NCBI RefSeq assembly: GCF_018350175.1
Contig: NC_058368.1
Location: 30,444,001 to 30,508,000 of the forward strand
Length of the DNA: 64,000 bases
Reading direction: 5' to 3'
Source: Felis catus
Taxonomy: Eukaryota
The position numbers and the translations under genes were made by a program. Below the pieces are notes generated by a model. It worked only from the letters and a program-made list of their open reading frames with translations, did no database searches and was not told the DNA's origin. Each line of letters begins with the position of its first letter. The stretch's first letter is position 1. Shown here in pieces: positions 11,936-24,704 of the stretch.

Positions 11936-12445
11936 AGATTTATCAATTTAAAAAGAATAGCTGTATAATATTTTTTGGATAAACTTTAGTTTCCTCAAGT
12001 AGTCTCCTATGGATGGGCAGGGAGTCTGTCACTGATATTTGGATATGGCAAAAGGCTACAGTGAATACACTTGGGCATATACTGTTGATTTATTGAGATG
12101 TATCCTAAGGATAAATTTCTAGTTGTGGGATTGCTGGGTCACATGATCAACGCATTCTTTATGGTTTTGCATTTTTAAAAAAATAACTGAGAGATGCATT
12201 GGTGTTCCCGGAATCTTGGGACTCATGTTCTTAATTGTTTCCTAAAATGTCTCTGCCATTATTTCTTCAAATGCTGCTTCTGCTTGTCCTTGCATCTTTA
12301 CTTTGTTGCGTTTCCTTACACGACAACAGCTTGTCTTTCACATCTTTCAGTTTATTATCACTTTATACTGCATTTCACATAAATTTATTAGGAGTATCTT
12401 CCAATTTAATAATTTCTGTCAGTTGTGTTAATCCTATCATATACA

Positions 12446-12447
<2 letters not shown>

Positions 12448-12476
<29 letters not shown>
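12448..12476. repeat. (GT)n microsatellite
   Basis: Directly visible. Confidence 0.95.
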
Positions 12477-12954
12477 ATCTAATACAACTTTTTTCCAGTG
12501 GCTGTGCTTTTCATTTTCTGAATTTCTTATTGATACATTTTTCATATCTACCAATATTTGCTCCATATCTGTGTCTTCCCTCATAATCTCTTATTCTTAA
12601 TCCCATGTTTTTCATCTCTTTGAGGTTCTTAAAACTATATATTTTAAAATTATTTGCACGTTTCTCTAATATTTTTCACTTCCAAGACCTAAATTCTTCA
12701 CTTTGGTGAGTATTTTGACTGTCTTCCATAAAGTTAGTTTCCTACCTTTCTTCAAAATATCCATTGTGGGTCCTCCTGAGTAGGAGTTTTACTGGTTTTT
12801 GCTTTCTCTCCTTTTCTCGCCCACCCTTGTTTGATAGCTCTGATGCTGTGTCGCTCAAGTCCTTTGGGTGCCTGGTACCAAACTGTCGTAGGTTGCAATT
12901 TGGAAGGCTTTATCATATCAGGATATTGCAGAACCCATCTCTGAACTAGCATTC

Positions 12955-13100
12955 ATTAGAGTAACCTCTCTGAGACTCTCTTTTCTCATCTATAGGATTT
13001 GAGTGTTGACAGCATACATCTCATGGGATTGTTGTGAAGATTTCCTTTATCAAGATATGGGAAGAACCTAGAACAATGCCTGCCACTAGGGACCACTAGA
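12955..13100 (+). mobile_element. MIR relic
   Basis: 'taacctctctgag...ttttctcatctata...ctcatgggattgttgtgaagatt...agaacaatgcctg'. Confidence 0.7.
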
Positions 13101-15730
13101 TAAGCCTTCATCATCACCAACATCATCATTATCATTAATACCATCCCTGGTAAATTGCTGGCATTTGGCAGATGGTCTAGAAGTAGGTTTTGTGGTTATT
13201 GTTACAATTCCTTGGATTTCTGGTGTCTTCTAACTTCCAAGTCATGTTACTTTGACTTTTAAAATTCCTATTATCACATACCCTCCCTGGTCCTCTATGG
13301 ATTATCCCTCATGAGACGGATGAGGTGGTTTCAGGGGAATCATACCATGACTTACTCTTCCGTGAGCGAGTCTCTAGCTCCAGGAATAGGATAATATTCT
13401 TGACTCCCCTGAACTAAAGCCCCCTTGCCCTCTGAGCCAGTATGAGTCGGGATCCATAATCAGCAGGTGAAAGATGCAAATGCAGAGTGCATGGTGGTTC
13501 TTGAAGACGGATTCTTTGTTGACTTAATATATCTTGAAGTAATTACTTCCAGTGCCTTTTATAGGATTGGAACTAGAAATAAGTTTCTGTCGAGGCCAGT
13601 AGTGGAAATAAGAAGATCGAAAGCCCAGAACCAAATATCTGGCTTCACTAATAATGGTAGGCAGAGAAAATGTTCTGATGAAGTACTATCTACCTAAGAA
13701 CAATGAAGTCAATAGTTATGGTATTAAGCCTTGAATTAGTCTTCAGGGATCATATTAAACTCTTGTACCTCTCTCTGTTTTCTCATGAGTAAAATAAAAA
13801 TGATAATAATATGGTTATTTTAAGTTAAAAAGTACTTAGGAAAGTAGCCAATATAAACTAAATAATAGATATTGATCATTATCCTACCATTCGTTTTTGG
13901 CTAACAGGCGACCTTGAAGAAAACATAGATATTAGAAGAGGAATTCCAGGGGTAAGTATTTCACTGAGAAGAAACAAACCTGGAAGATTAGTTCTGTGTG
14001 TGAATAAAGACCATGAAGCCTCAAGATGAGTGTATGAGATGAGTCGGTGGAGTATAGTATGTTTTTCCTGGTAAACCAGACAGATCTACCCTAGTAATAG
14101 GGGGGTTGGGGGAGAGGGGCATTAACTGGTGCTGCTCACATCTGGGTCGTTTCTGGAATTTTCACTTTTATCCCCATTTTTATCTTTCATTTGCTGGGGT
14201 TGTCTCTCAAAGTCGAAGGTTGGAAACCTCGTGTGTGCTACGTAGTTTTTCTTCTTCCCAAGCCTTATGGGAAGATCGTGGCCTAGGGATATCAGGTGAT
14301 GTGGGGAAAGGAAGAGCCACTAAAATTAGTGGTCAAAGAAAGATTACAAAAGATATACCTGGAGAAGTCCCAGCCCTGCTCATTTGAGGATGAATCACAT
14401 TAATTCCTTTCCTTGGTTAGTTAGTGTCACTGGGGGGCAAACAGTGTCTACCCTACTCTTCTTTAAATTTATGGCATGGGGACATGTGCCAACTATTTAT
14501 AAATGCTTGTTTTTTCTATGCATCTGAAACCCTTTGCCAGAGTGTATCTGCCAGAGTGTAACTTTTAATATTACAATTTGTATATCCCCAAGGGTAAGTT
14601 GAATTATTTTAGGGTTCTACGTTTTTAGCAGTTCTAAAGTTTTCAGCATCAGAATTCGGTTTGGCTTGCTCAGTTGTCAGTTTGCTTTCCAAATGGAGGG
14701 TATTAAGGGAGGAGATTATGTATTAATCTGTATGACAACATTTATGTGAAAAAGTATCATGAAGAATGCTTGAAAGGAGTTAAGCTTAAATAATCCCCTA
14801 ATTTGTAGACTGATTTTAAGGTTTCCAATTCCGAGATGCTAAAAACATCAAGTACTTTCTGCGATACAGGTCCAAAATCCTCATTCAGATGTAAGTATAC
14901 AGCTGCAGTCTAGGGCCAAAGGTAAATACTTTTAGATTACCCTCTCAAACAGAGTTGACCAAGCTTTTCAAACTTTCATGCAATTGATCATACTATTAAA
15001 ATTAAGTATCCCTCCTCTAAATACTCTGAATCCCAGATTTTGTTTCTGGAATTAAATCACCCAAAAGACACCCACATGGATTTGAAAATGCCTGTAACAG
15101 CCACCAAGGGCTCATGCTGAAAAACCGGGGTTTCATTTTTCTTATTCAAGAGGGAGAACCAAAACAGTTTCTTTTGGCAGATTTTGCTTTAGCTCATCAA
15201 CTGGAGAACCTGATGTTTTGCCAAAGAAATATGCAAATGGATGCTTGATTAAATAAGATGAAAACTTTGTTGCTGAGATATGGCTTTTCTTCCCATTTCT
15301 AACTCCATTCATTTCATGCTCGCTGAAGCAAGCCTAACTAAGCCCTCCATGACTTTCGGTGGGACAGTAACCCTCCGCGTCTACATAAACCCTGCTCGTG
15401 CTGTGGGTTCCCTATGCGTCCAAGACAGGTGGACCTTCCATCATCCTCTGGTAGGTGTGTGGCGGGTGGGAGTCAGGGAGGGGGCGGCAGGGTCTGGGCA
15501 CGGATAGGTGCGGAGGGAGATTCTTCGTGACAAACGAGAAAAATCCAACCTGTCAAAACGGCATGTGCTGCTGCTTTATCACCATGATTACACCGGGGTT
15601 TTGCTTTAGAAAACCCTGGATTTTAAATTGAAAGTCAAATACAATTTGCCACAAGAAGCATGAAATGAGTGACTAAAAAACTGCCAGCGAGGCCCGGCAT
15701 GACAAATCCGTATCTCTGCCATCATAAGCC

Positions 15731-15744
15731 CCGGCAGGTGGCGG
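15731..15744 (+). promoter_or_regulatory. CTCF core motif match
   Basis: CCGGCAGGTGGCGG fits CCRSYAGRKGGCRS at all 14 positions; motif match only. Confidence 0.45.
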
Positions 15745-16049
15745 GTCACTGGGCCTCACCTGGGCGGCAGGGGTAGACTGGGGGCCCAGGGTCGGCTCCA
15801 GGGCCCCTGTTCTGATCGGTTCAGATGGTGTGGTGGCTAGAACCGGGCCGACGCCGGTCTGTCCTTTTGTCTTGGGGGAACGGCGCCGCGATTTTCATTC
15901 CTCTGTAAAATCAGATGTGGCAACTGAAGAAAAATAAAGTCTGCGTGGGGGAACGGTGCTTTAGGGGCGTGAACAGACGAGTGCTCACCTCGTGCCTGGG
16001 ATTGTGGCAGGCACCGTACGTATAGTTTCGTATTTAGTACTGACGAGAT

Positions 16050-16150
16050 ACTTTACCATCCACGTTTCGGAAATGAGGAAACTGACATGGAGAAGTGAAG
16101 TGACTTCCAGGAGGTCACACATTTAGAGCAAAGCGAGGGAAATTACCTTT
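16050..16150 (-). mobile_element. MIR relic within the CpG-rich domain
   Basis: 'atgaggaaactgacatggagaagtgaagtgacttccaggaggtcacac' is the antisense MIR core. Confidence 0.75.
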
Positions 16151-17189
16151 CGGCGAGTCTCCACGACGTGGTTCTCCTTCTGTGCCTGGCGCATCCGTAC
16201 GTGGTAGCTGGAAGTTGTGTTAGGATCAGCTTTCTTTTTCAGGGGAAGTCACTGAGGCGCAGAGACGATAAATAGACTAGCCCAGGGCGGAAGAGGCCGG
16301 TCAATGGCAGAATTGGGCTTTGGATCTGACTGGGTCTGAAATGGAAGCCCACAGTCCTTCTCCTGTCTCATGTTTAAGGAGGCGATTTGATAAGCTGAGG
16401 CCGAACTGATTTTCAGAGACCATTCTGCCCCTTCAAGGCTGTCCTGGAAACCTCTCTTTTCTCGCGCGAAGTGACTCCCTGTTAGATCTTTTTTGGGTCC
16501 TTTGAGGGCTGCTTTACCTGTGGCATCAGGCTTGTGGTCGTATGCTTGGTTTGACCCCAGCACATAGAGCGATGAGCTATAGAGCAAACTCTATCGCATT
16601 TTCCAGCAGGTCACCTTGGAAGTCAGGCGGAAGCACTATCCTGCCAGTTTCGCTGGCTTAGTGACCACTTCCAATTCCTTCTGGCAACCCACAGATTTAG
16701 ATGGCATGGTTGCACACTGTTCACCTACTTGCTATTCGAAGAGGATTTGTCGTCACGTGGCCAATGCTGAAGAGATGGTCTGTGTAGTTGCCCTGGTCCC
16801 TCGTAAGTCATTTGAAAGGCTTGGTTTCGTGTCAGTAAGGATGAGCACATTCTGTGCGCCGTGTGCCTTGCAGGAGGCCATCTGGGAACGTTGCACATAA
16901 ACACAAATCCTCTCTAATTTTGGTAGCATCTTAGTGGGATTTGTCCTAGTGCTGAGAGCTACAGGTTTATGCTTCACTGGTGGTGGCTGATAATTCAGCA
17001 GGGTTTTTTTTTTTTTTTTTTTCTAGGAGTCTCAAAAATACATCCAACAACAGATGCAAAGCCCTAATAATAAAAATAATGAAACAGGTGACTGTCATCG
17101 CCGGCTGTCCCTTTGCTCCGTTCGCATCAAACTGGGCTTCAGTGACTAAGGATGCAGAACTTCTCCCATGAACTCCTGGAAAGCTAGCA

Positions 17190-17600
17190 TGGGGAGCAGA
17201 AAACCCCATGCATTAGATTTAGACAGCCCGGGGTTTAACTTGGACTTATGCACCTCCTAAATTGGTTGAACTTGAATAACATAATAACTCCTCCGAAATG
17301 CTATTTCCTCGTGTGTAAAAAAGATATCCTTATCCCTTTCTCAAAGGTTAAGAATGAACATGACACATCAAATGTGGAAACAGCTAGCAAAAGACTTAAC
17401 ATATATTAAAGCCTTGATGAAAGCTTCTCCTGTTTGATGAAAGCTTCCCTTGTTAACCGTGTGACCTTAGGCCAGTTACTTAACCTTTCTGAGTTGCAGG
17501 TTCCTCTTCTGTAACGTTGTGAAAATAATGCCTACTTTATCGGGTAGTTGTGAGGATTAAGTGGCATGGCCTGGGTAAATCACCTGGCACGGTGGGCATT
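17190..17600 (+). mobile_element. Two tandem MIR relics
   Basis: 'gtgtgaccttaggccagttacttaacctttctgag...ttctgtaa...gttgtgaggattaa...cctggcac' plus a more decayed copy upstream. Confidence 0.75.
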
Positions 17601-19004
17601 CCTTCATGACGACTTTTATTGTCACAAAGTCTTGTCGGGTTAAAGTGGAAAGGGCTCAGGTAGTACGAGGGTAACCGTGCCCTGCCTGTTGCCCTGGGCA
17701 GAACCTGGTGAACACCCGGTTCTGGAAAAATTATTACTAGCACATGCTTACTCTCGACAAGTTCCAAAGAAGTTCTGTGTCACTCTAAATATCATTGATA
17801 TCTGGAGAGGGAGTTGGCCTGTTGAGAAGGAGAGAGCATAGTAGCAATCCCTTGCCCGTGGTAATGCTTGTCTAACTCTTCCAGTGCGGTAGTTTATTAG
17901 TAGTAGTTAGCTATTAGGTTGTTGCTTATTATGATTAAACAGATAAGCATCTGCAAGTGAGAAACTAAACACACAGAAAGTACACAGGTGGTGTTTTTGG
18001 CAAAGAAATTTATCCTCTTTTTTGTTCATTTGTTACCGGTTAGCATCCATTTTTTAAGAGCCCAGGGCTTTTATGCTGCCCTCTGGATGCCCCACATCAC
18101 CTCCTACTATTGGTGTAGGGGTGTAAGGGGTGACCCATTAAGTGTCCTGACTGACTGCACACCTTCCTCCAGTCCTAGGAAAACTGGATCTCTCCTCACC
18201 TGACCCCTTACTCCTGGCAGGCATATCTCTTTTGATTTTTGCTTCTGGAATCTTCCTGCTTTGCCAAACAACATTTGAAGAGGTGTAGCTACGGTGGCTA
18301 ATTTATTCCTCAAGGTCTCAGCGAACTCTGCTCGCTCACTTTGGGCCCATAGGCACAGGAATATGGGCATCTTTGCCTAGAGGTGGGGGTGAGTGAAGGG
18401 AGGAATATATTCCAGAGCCTTCCTTTGTCATTCTTCACTGTTTCCCCACTGTTTTCTGGCTCTCCACCATATCCAGTGCCTTCATCTGTGGGGGGACAGA
18501 TGAAAAGCAAATGAGAAACAAAATGGTGGCTTTTCTACCCTTGGGAACCACCCAACTTTGATGTGAACCTGGCAGACAAATCCTAGGAGAGCTAGAAGCG
18601 TCAAGAGGAGCAGGTGTCTTGCTTTCATTCTCCTCAATCCCTGACTCTCTCTCTCTCTCTTTCCTTGTCAATTCCTTTTACACTTCCTCCTCTGGAGAGA
18701 AAAGGGAACTAAATTATCACAGGGCCAGCTTTTATTTCCAATGATTATGGCCTCACACCTGGTGTGTAGCCTTTGATCCAGTCCTTTGGAATATAGGTCA
18801 TCTTTCTTAACAGTCGTGGTGTGGAACTGGTAGGGGAAGTAAAAGGTAACCTATTATTTCATGAGATTGCCTTGAGTAAATATTCTCAAATAACTCTGTT
18901 ACGTGGGTAACAGCACTTTCCTTTCATTTCCTTCAGTGCAGAAGAGACTGGACGGTAGCCTCTTTAAAACTGTATTATGAAATATATTTTAAGAATATAA
19001 AACT

Positions 19005-19097
19005 GTCTTCTTGTTTTTGTATCTATGATAGATGCTAACTAAACTTATTGTGGTAAGCGTTTCATGATATATGTAAGTCAACTCATATAGGGAGAAA
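19005..19097 (+). mobile_element. Very short L1 3'UTR insertion
   Basis: 'gatgctaactaaacttattgtggtaag...atatatgtaagtcaa' L1 3'UTR motif; TSD aa(g/a)aatataaaact at 18991-19004 and 19098-19111. Confidence 0.7.
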
Positions 19098-19139
19098 AAA
19101 AATATAAAACTAAACGTGAGATATAAATACGTTATAAAT

Positions 19140-19352
19140 CGGAGTCCGGCAAACATTTTTCTGTTTGGATAATGAATGTTCTAGATTTTGCAAGCCACAG
19201 GTACCTCTGTTACACAGATTCCTCCTTTTGCCCCTCCTCTTTCTCCTGCTCCTTAACAAAGCTTTATGTAAAAACCATTGTTAGCTCATGGGACACACAT
19301 GAGCATCCTGCTGGCCAGGTTTGACACATGGGTTACAGTTGGCTGATCCCTA
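19140..19352 (+). mobile_element. MER58-like hAT-Charlie MITE
   Basis: Degenerate TIRs 'cggagtccggcaaac' / 'agttggctgatcccta'; internal 'gtaaaaaccattgttagctc'; 8-bp TSD ttataaat / atataaat. Confidence 0.75.
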
Positions 19353-19359
19353 ATATAAA

Positions 19360-19720
19360 TGATAATAATATAGACATCAGAGTCCCCACCAGCCAGCTTA
19401 AGAAACAGAAAAATACCAATATGTTGACCTTCATTCTGTGCACATCCCTGCTGTCTCCCTCTTCTTTCCCCCAAGAGTTAATCACCAGTTTAAATTCTGA
19501 GTTTATCATTCCTTTCCTTTTCTTGACAGTTTTACCTCTTATACGTGTAGCCCTTAACAATACAGTATTTTTTTTTATAGATGGCATTCCATTGTATGAA
19601 TATGCCGTAATTTATTCAGCCATTTTCCTGTTGATGGGCATTTGGACTGCTTCCAGCCTTTACTGGTATAGGAAACACTGTTTTGCACATTCTTGTAAAT
19701 ATTCTCAGGCTATAATTTTT
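19360..19720 (-). mobile_element. Ancient L1M 3' fragment
   Basis: 'attccattgtatgaatat...ttattcagccattttcctgttgatgggcatttggactgcttccag'. Confidence 0.65.
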
Positions 19721-20474
19721 ATTGAGTCTCCTTTGGTTTGATGAAAACAGAAGGGAACCATGACATAGAGGACATATCAAATTGATAGTAGATGTGGCCC
19801 TTCTTAGAACTCTCAGGTTGAAACCCCAATTTACCCTTATGCACTGCCCTGACCGATGCAGTAACACTTCCGGACTTGCCTTCTGGAATATTTCCATGTT
19901 TATCTTCATAACCCTGAGTCCAGCAGAAATCCATGCCTACCTGTCACAGGTCCAGAGAAAGGTAATTCCCCCCATGTTCAGCTTGCAAAGTAGCTTTTCA
20001 GTCTTCCTTACCTACCCCAGGATATGCCTCTTCCTCAGGTAATGAAGAGTAGGAATATCTACTACCTTCTAGGGACATCCTAATCTTTGACTGTGAAGTA
20101 TGGGTGAGGCCTTTGGCTCTTAGAGTACAATTAAATGGTCTTCCAGAAAAATAACTGTCCAATTTTAGAGAATACTGATATATTTGGCCTTCTATAACAT
20201 GAAATGTGTAAGCCATATGGTATCATAACTAGGTCTGGACTGAGCTGAGAATAAGCTTAGTCTAATCTTCTTCCTTTTTACAGTTTCTCCTGGAACATGA
20301 AATGAAAAATCACATAGGCGTGATAATCCCTTTTCCTGTATATTCCCATTCCTGTTCTACATTGTTTCTAATTGTTAGATTTTATATAATATGTTTTAGG
20401 CAAGTCCCTTCTTTCTCAATATTTCTTTAAAACTGGTCTCATGTGTGTTTTGGGGATGAACTTTATTTTTATTT

Positions 20475-20712
20475 ATTTGTTGATTTATTTACTTGATTAA
20501 AAAAATTTTAATGTTTATTTATTTTTGAAGGAGGGAGAGACAGAGTGTGAGTAGGGGAGGGGCAGATAGAGAGGGAGACACAGAATCTGAAGCAAGCATC
20601 AGGCTCTGAGCTGTCGGCACAGAACCTGACGCGGGGCTTGAACTCACAAACTGCGAGATCGTGACCTGAGCCAAAGTCGGACGCTTAACCAACTGAGCCA
20701 CTCAGGCGCCCC
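20475..20712 (-). mobile_element. Can-SINE (SINEC_Fc-like) nested in the tail of the adjacent SINE
   Basis: Full body ending 'caggcgcccc'; inner TSD tatttttattt at 20464-20474 and 20713-20723. Confidence 0.93.
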
Positions 20713-20920
20713 TATTTTTATTTTTTAAAGTTTATTTCTTTGAGACAGAGAGAGTGCAGGATGGCCAGAGAGAGATGGAGAGAGAGAGAAAAATCTCAAG
20801 CAGGCTCTGCACTGTCAGCGCAGAGCCCAAAGTGGGGCTCGAACCCACTAATGGTGAGATCATGACATGAGCTGAAACCAAGAGTTGGACACTTAACCAA
20901 CTGAGCCGCCCAGGTGCTCT
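20713..20920 (-). mobile_element. Can-SINE (older, different subfamily)
   Basis: 'aatctcaagcaggctctgcactgtcagcgcagagccc' body; outer TSD gatgaa(c/t)ttta at 20455-20465 and 20923-20933. Confidence 0.92.
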
Positions 20921-23899
20921 GAGATGAATTTTAGAGTATTATTTTGTTTCCAAAACACATTATTATTTGTATTTCATTGAATTTATACATCTATTATAAT
21001 CCTGTAATTTATTCTTTCTACCCTTCCTATTTCTTTCTCACCTGATGGGTCTGTCTTCTATTTCTTGGCAATTGAATTGTCCATGATGGGGGTTGTTTTC
21101 TATACCTGAAATTATAGTCTGAGACTGAGGATTGTTCTCTTAAGAAGGTCTTAGGGTAAATGATCAGTACACTGCCCAACATCGATAAACTCTGACTCTC
21201 TGTTTTCCTGGAGTCACAAGGGTCAGACTCATGCAGTCAGTTCCTCTCCAATGGTTATTTGTTTTCTTTTTTTTTTTTTTTTTCAAATCACTGGATAAGG
21301 ACCATTTTTGGCCTAGGTGACCTTGGCATCTAGTTCTCAGCACACACAGAGTAAACGCATATTGGGTTGACGTTATGTTGTTGTAATTCCAACATTAAAG
21401 TCTGCCTAAGATAGATTTGATTTTTTCCATAGAAGCTGAGACATACATCATGCAATTTTTGTTAGATCCAAATGAATACCACTCCATCTCATCTCATGTA
21501 ACTTTGTTGCTATGACCTTTTCTGCCTAAGAAGCTAGGGAAGGCAGTGTGAGGATTTGAGATCCAAACCCTGGAATGTCAGCTGAGAACTTAGGAAAATC
21601 CTTGTCTGTAAACATTGGGAAGTAGGGTTCCTACTTACTTTAGTTCATGCTCATGCTTATCTTTTGTGCATTTTCCATCGCTAAGATAACTATTGTCATG
21701 ATGGACTGAAATTGTATTCTCTATCAAAATAATACTAGTTATGAAACACGTGGGTGGAAAAAAATGCTCATTTTTTATTTACTTTCCAAATGTCAGAGTT
21801 TTTTTGTATTAACATTTAAACACCTCTTTTGGATTTGTTCTCACCTAATATTGGCAGTAATTCAAACACCCAATCCACCTCAGCATCCACAGAATAGGCC
21901 AGTGCTTGATATTATAGACACTACGTATGAAATCTCTTCCAGTGCAAAGGCTTATTAACATTTAAAAAGAACTAGATCCATTTATACTTTGACTATAGCA
22001 TCAACGCCTGCTGAGCAGAACTCACTGTCTGTCATTCCCAACCTTTTCCCCTCTTTTGCATTTACTGAAGTCCTTAAATATCAGCAGCACACTAAAATTT
22101 CTCACATAAATGCACCAAATGAAATCCCATCTTCAGCGCCAGCCCTCCCAACCCATTTCCCCAGTGTTCATATAACATCGAGGGGCTAATTTTCAGTAAT
22201 TGTCAAAAGGAAAAGGTGACAGTCCATTTAGCAGTCAGCTAGTTGCTAATTAGTACCCAACTAAAATGCATCAAAATTTGAGCGCTCCCAATTGAACACT
22301 TTGAAAGATAAGCATTCTACTAATTTAACTCTGTTGTAGGTTGAACCCCGATTCAGTTCTTTCACAGCAAGATGAGCCATGTTCCAGTGCTTTCCAACAT
22401 TGATTCTTAGCCTAGAGCTAAAAAAGCCTATCTAAGCATCTGGAATTTTTTGGTTGTTGTTGTTTGGGTCTTTGATTGCCTGTGACAAGGGGTACAAACT
22501 TATGAGACTGTAGGCAGTGGGTTGTCACACTCTAACACAAGAATTAGAAAAGCACTGGTTTGTACTTTATGAAACGCCCATATTACAAAAAAAGAAAACA
22601 CATGTTGGGGGAGTAGTGGAAGGTACAAATATCAGAGAGACAGTTAGTTGCTCAAGAAGTGGATGGTGGCAGTGGCGATTTGTCATTAAGAATAGCTGGA
22701 CGTGACTTGGTCCTCCCAAAGATAGTTATGTTCCTGTTCATTCTTTGGCGCATTGATCCTGGGAACTGTACCTACCGTTGGAACTAGGACAACACTCTTT
22801 CTGCAGAAGCATAAAAAGCTTGACCAGACCTAGAAGCCATTTTATTCTTAAGACTTAATTAGCACTTTTTCCAGAGTTCGATTCAAACAAAACTAAAGAA
22901 CAAAGAATGGGGGTATGTTTTAAGCACTTGCCATTACATACTGTTTCAACTGAAAACGTTTTTCAGCTATAAATAGTAACAATCTTGAGACAGGCGTGGT
23001 GGTGGCCTGGGAGCCTGGAAATACATCACGTATTCCACCTCTGAAACCCATACTCTTTTCACCATCGCGCACTGAACTCTCCCAATTCTTAGTTTGAAGA
23101 AACCCCAAAAGTAACAAGTCCTGTCTTGGAAGAAAGTAGTACCTGTAGTTTCTTGGGAGAAAGTAGTGTCCTAATTTTTCAAAAAAAGAAGAGAGAAATA
23201 GGTCAAAATGAATCTTCTAAAAATCACTAAATTGTATCCTTTCAAAGGGTTTTGAGAAAGGTATGGAGAAGGTACAGAGCTAGCTTTAATGAGGCTAAAG
23301 TGACCACACAAATCTCATTTGCCAGAAATATCGTATCTGATCTGAGAAAGGTTCATTACTGTCCTGTAGCTGTGGTTCTTTCATGCCACAGCTGCTGTGG
23401 CAACATGGTGAGTGAGGCTGAGAAGGCAGGGCCTTTTCGAGAATTAACAAAATCGATGTGTATCTTAGAAGAGTTGGATCGAGTTTCCCGGGCATCTCAG
23501 GGTTGCTAGAATAGGTACCTGGGGAAGGAAAATAGAGAAAATATAAGAGACAAAATCTTTGGAGACTGAGAAAAGCAGCAAACTTGGCACCTTGGTCAGT
23601 TGCCTACTTCCTAATTTTGCCTCTAGGTAGCTTTGGAAAGGAGGAGGAATAAAAAAATAGGATTGCCGAAGCAGCTGGATTTAAATATATAAGCACACAA
23701 GTTCCCCTTCCCTGACCCTACTCTTTTCCCTCAGAGAAGTTTTCTCTAGATCTGAGAATCAGGAGACCTGGATTCTACAACTGTCTGTGGAAATGGAATC
23801 ATTCTGTTACTTCCCTGTGGTTCTGCTTTTTCACGTATTTAGTAAATGGCTTCAACTATATTCTCTATTAGTTATAAACTGCGGTGATTCTGTGATTCT

Positions 23900-24021
23900 G
23901 GTTTCCTATTAGAATGTTCCTCTCCACAGAAGACAAGGCAGGCTTCTACCACAGTGTATGGAACATAGTTGGTACTCAAGGAAAAACAAACAGTAGGATG
24001 AATGAATGAATGAATGAATGA
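23900..24021 (+). mobile_element. L2 3' end with (TGAA)n tail
   Basis: 'cacagtgtatggaacatagttggtactcaa...gatgaatgaatgaatgaatgaatga'. Confidence 0.7.
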
Positions 24022-24704
24022 CATTTCTTCTTGTGGGATTGAGTCATCTTTTGTGAGTTCCACATTTGCAGGTTAAGCACAGTTTTTTTGCATTATGTAA
24101 TATAGATGAGGGACAGTTGTTGATTGAATGACTCCAGCTTCCAAACCACTTGTCTTTAGTTTTCAGAAATGTCTATGGATAGTGATAATGACTAGATTTG
24201 TCCTTGTGTATGACCTTGACCACGAATGCCCCTATTTTATCATGTTATAAGTTCCAGGCAGATTTCCATGCCACTGGTTCAAACTGGGAACCATGAAGGT
24301 GAGAGGGGCTGCCAAGAAGTGTGACACAGACGAGTGAAGAGAGCTTGAGTTCAATGCCACTGGCTGCATGGTGGACCTTGTATAGAGCACACGGTCTGGC
24401 TGCATTCAAATTATTCATCTGAATTTTTCTTCATTTCTACCAGTCTGCTTCACTCTGGGGCTTCCAGTTGACTGTGTTGAGGGACTCAATCCATCGTACT
24501 GGTTTTCTTTTTCTATTGCTGACTTTGGACTTTTAGTACCCTGCAGAGTCCTCCTCAATTATTTCTGGAAGTTTCAGGAATACCTTATGTGCTTTTGAAC
24601 AGTTCTATCTGTTAGTATATGACATCTGTCATGGATTGCCCTCTCTCTCGCATGCTTGTTTCTATTGGGTGCCATCTGGTATGATGACAGCACCTGCTAC
24701 TTCC

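Larger units (their letters stand above)
11620..12900 (-). mobile_element. Ancient L1M relics (3' end and more 5' pieces), interrupted by a SINE
   Basis: 'ttttctcacttaacaac' and 'ggataaatttctagttgtgggattgctgggtca' are antisense L1 3' motifs; T-rich decayed sequence follows. Confidence 0.55.
15350..16900. promoter_or_regulatory. CpG/GC-enriched domain (orphan CpG-island-like, putative regulatory)
   Basis: CpG density visibly far above the flanks (ccgggccgacgccgg, cggcgccgcg, cgtacgt, tcgcgcga); obs/exp not computed. Confidence 0.5.

Noticed and set aside
19328..19741. 137-aa hydrophobic ORF
   Set aside because: Spans a MER58 end and an antisense L1M fragment; compositional artefact.
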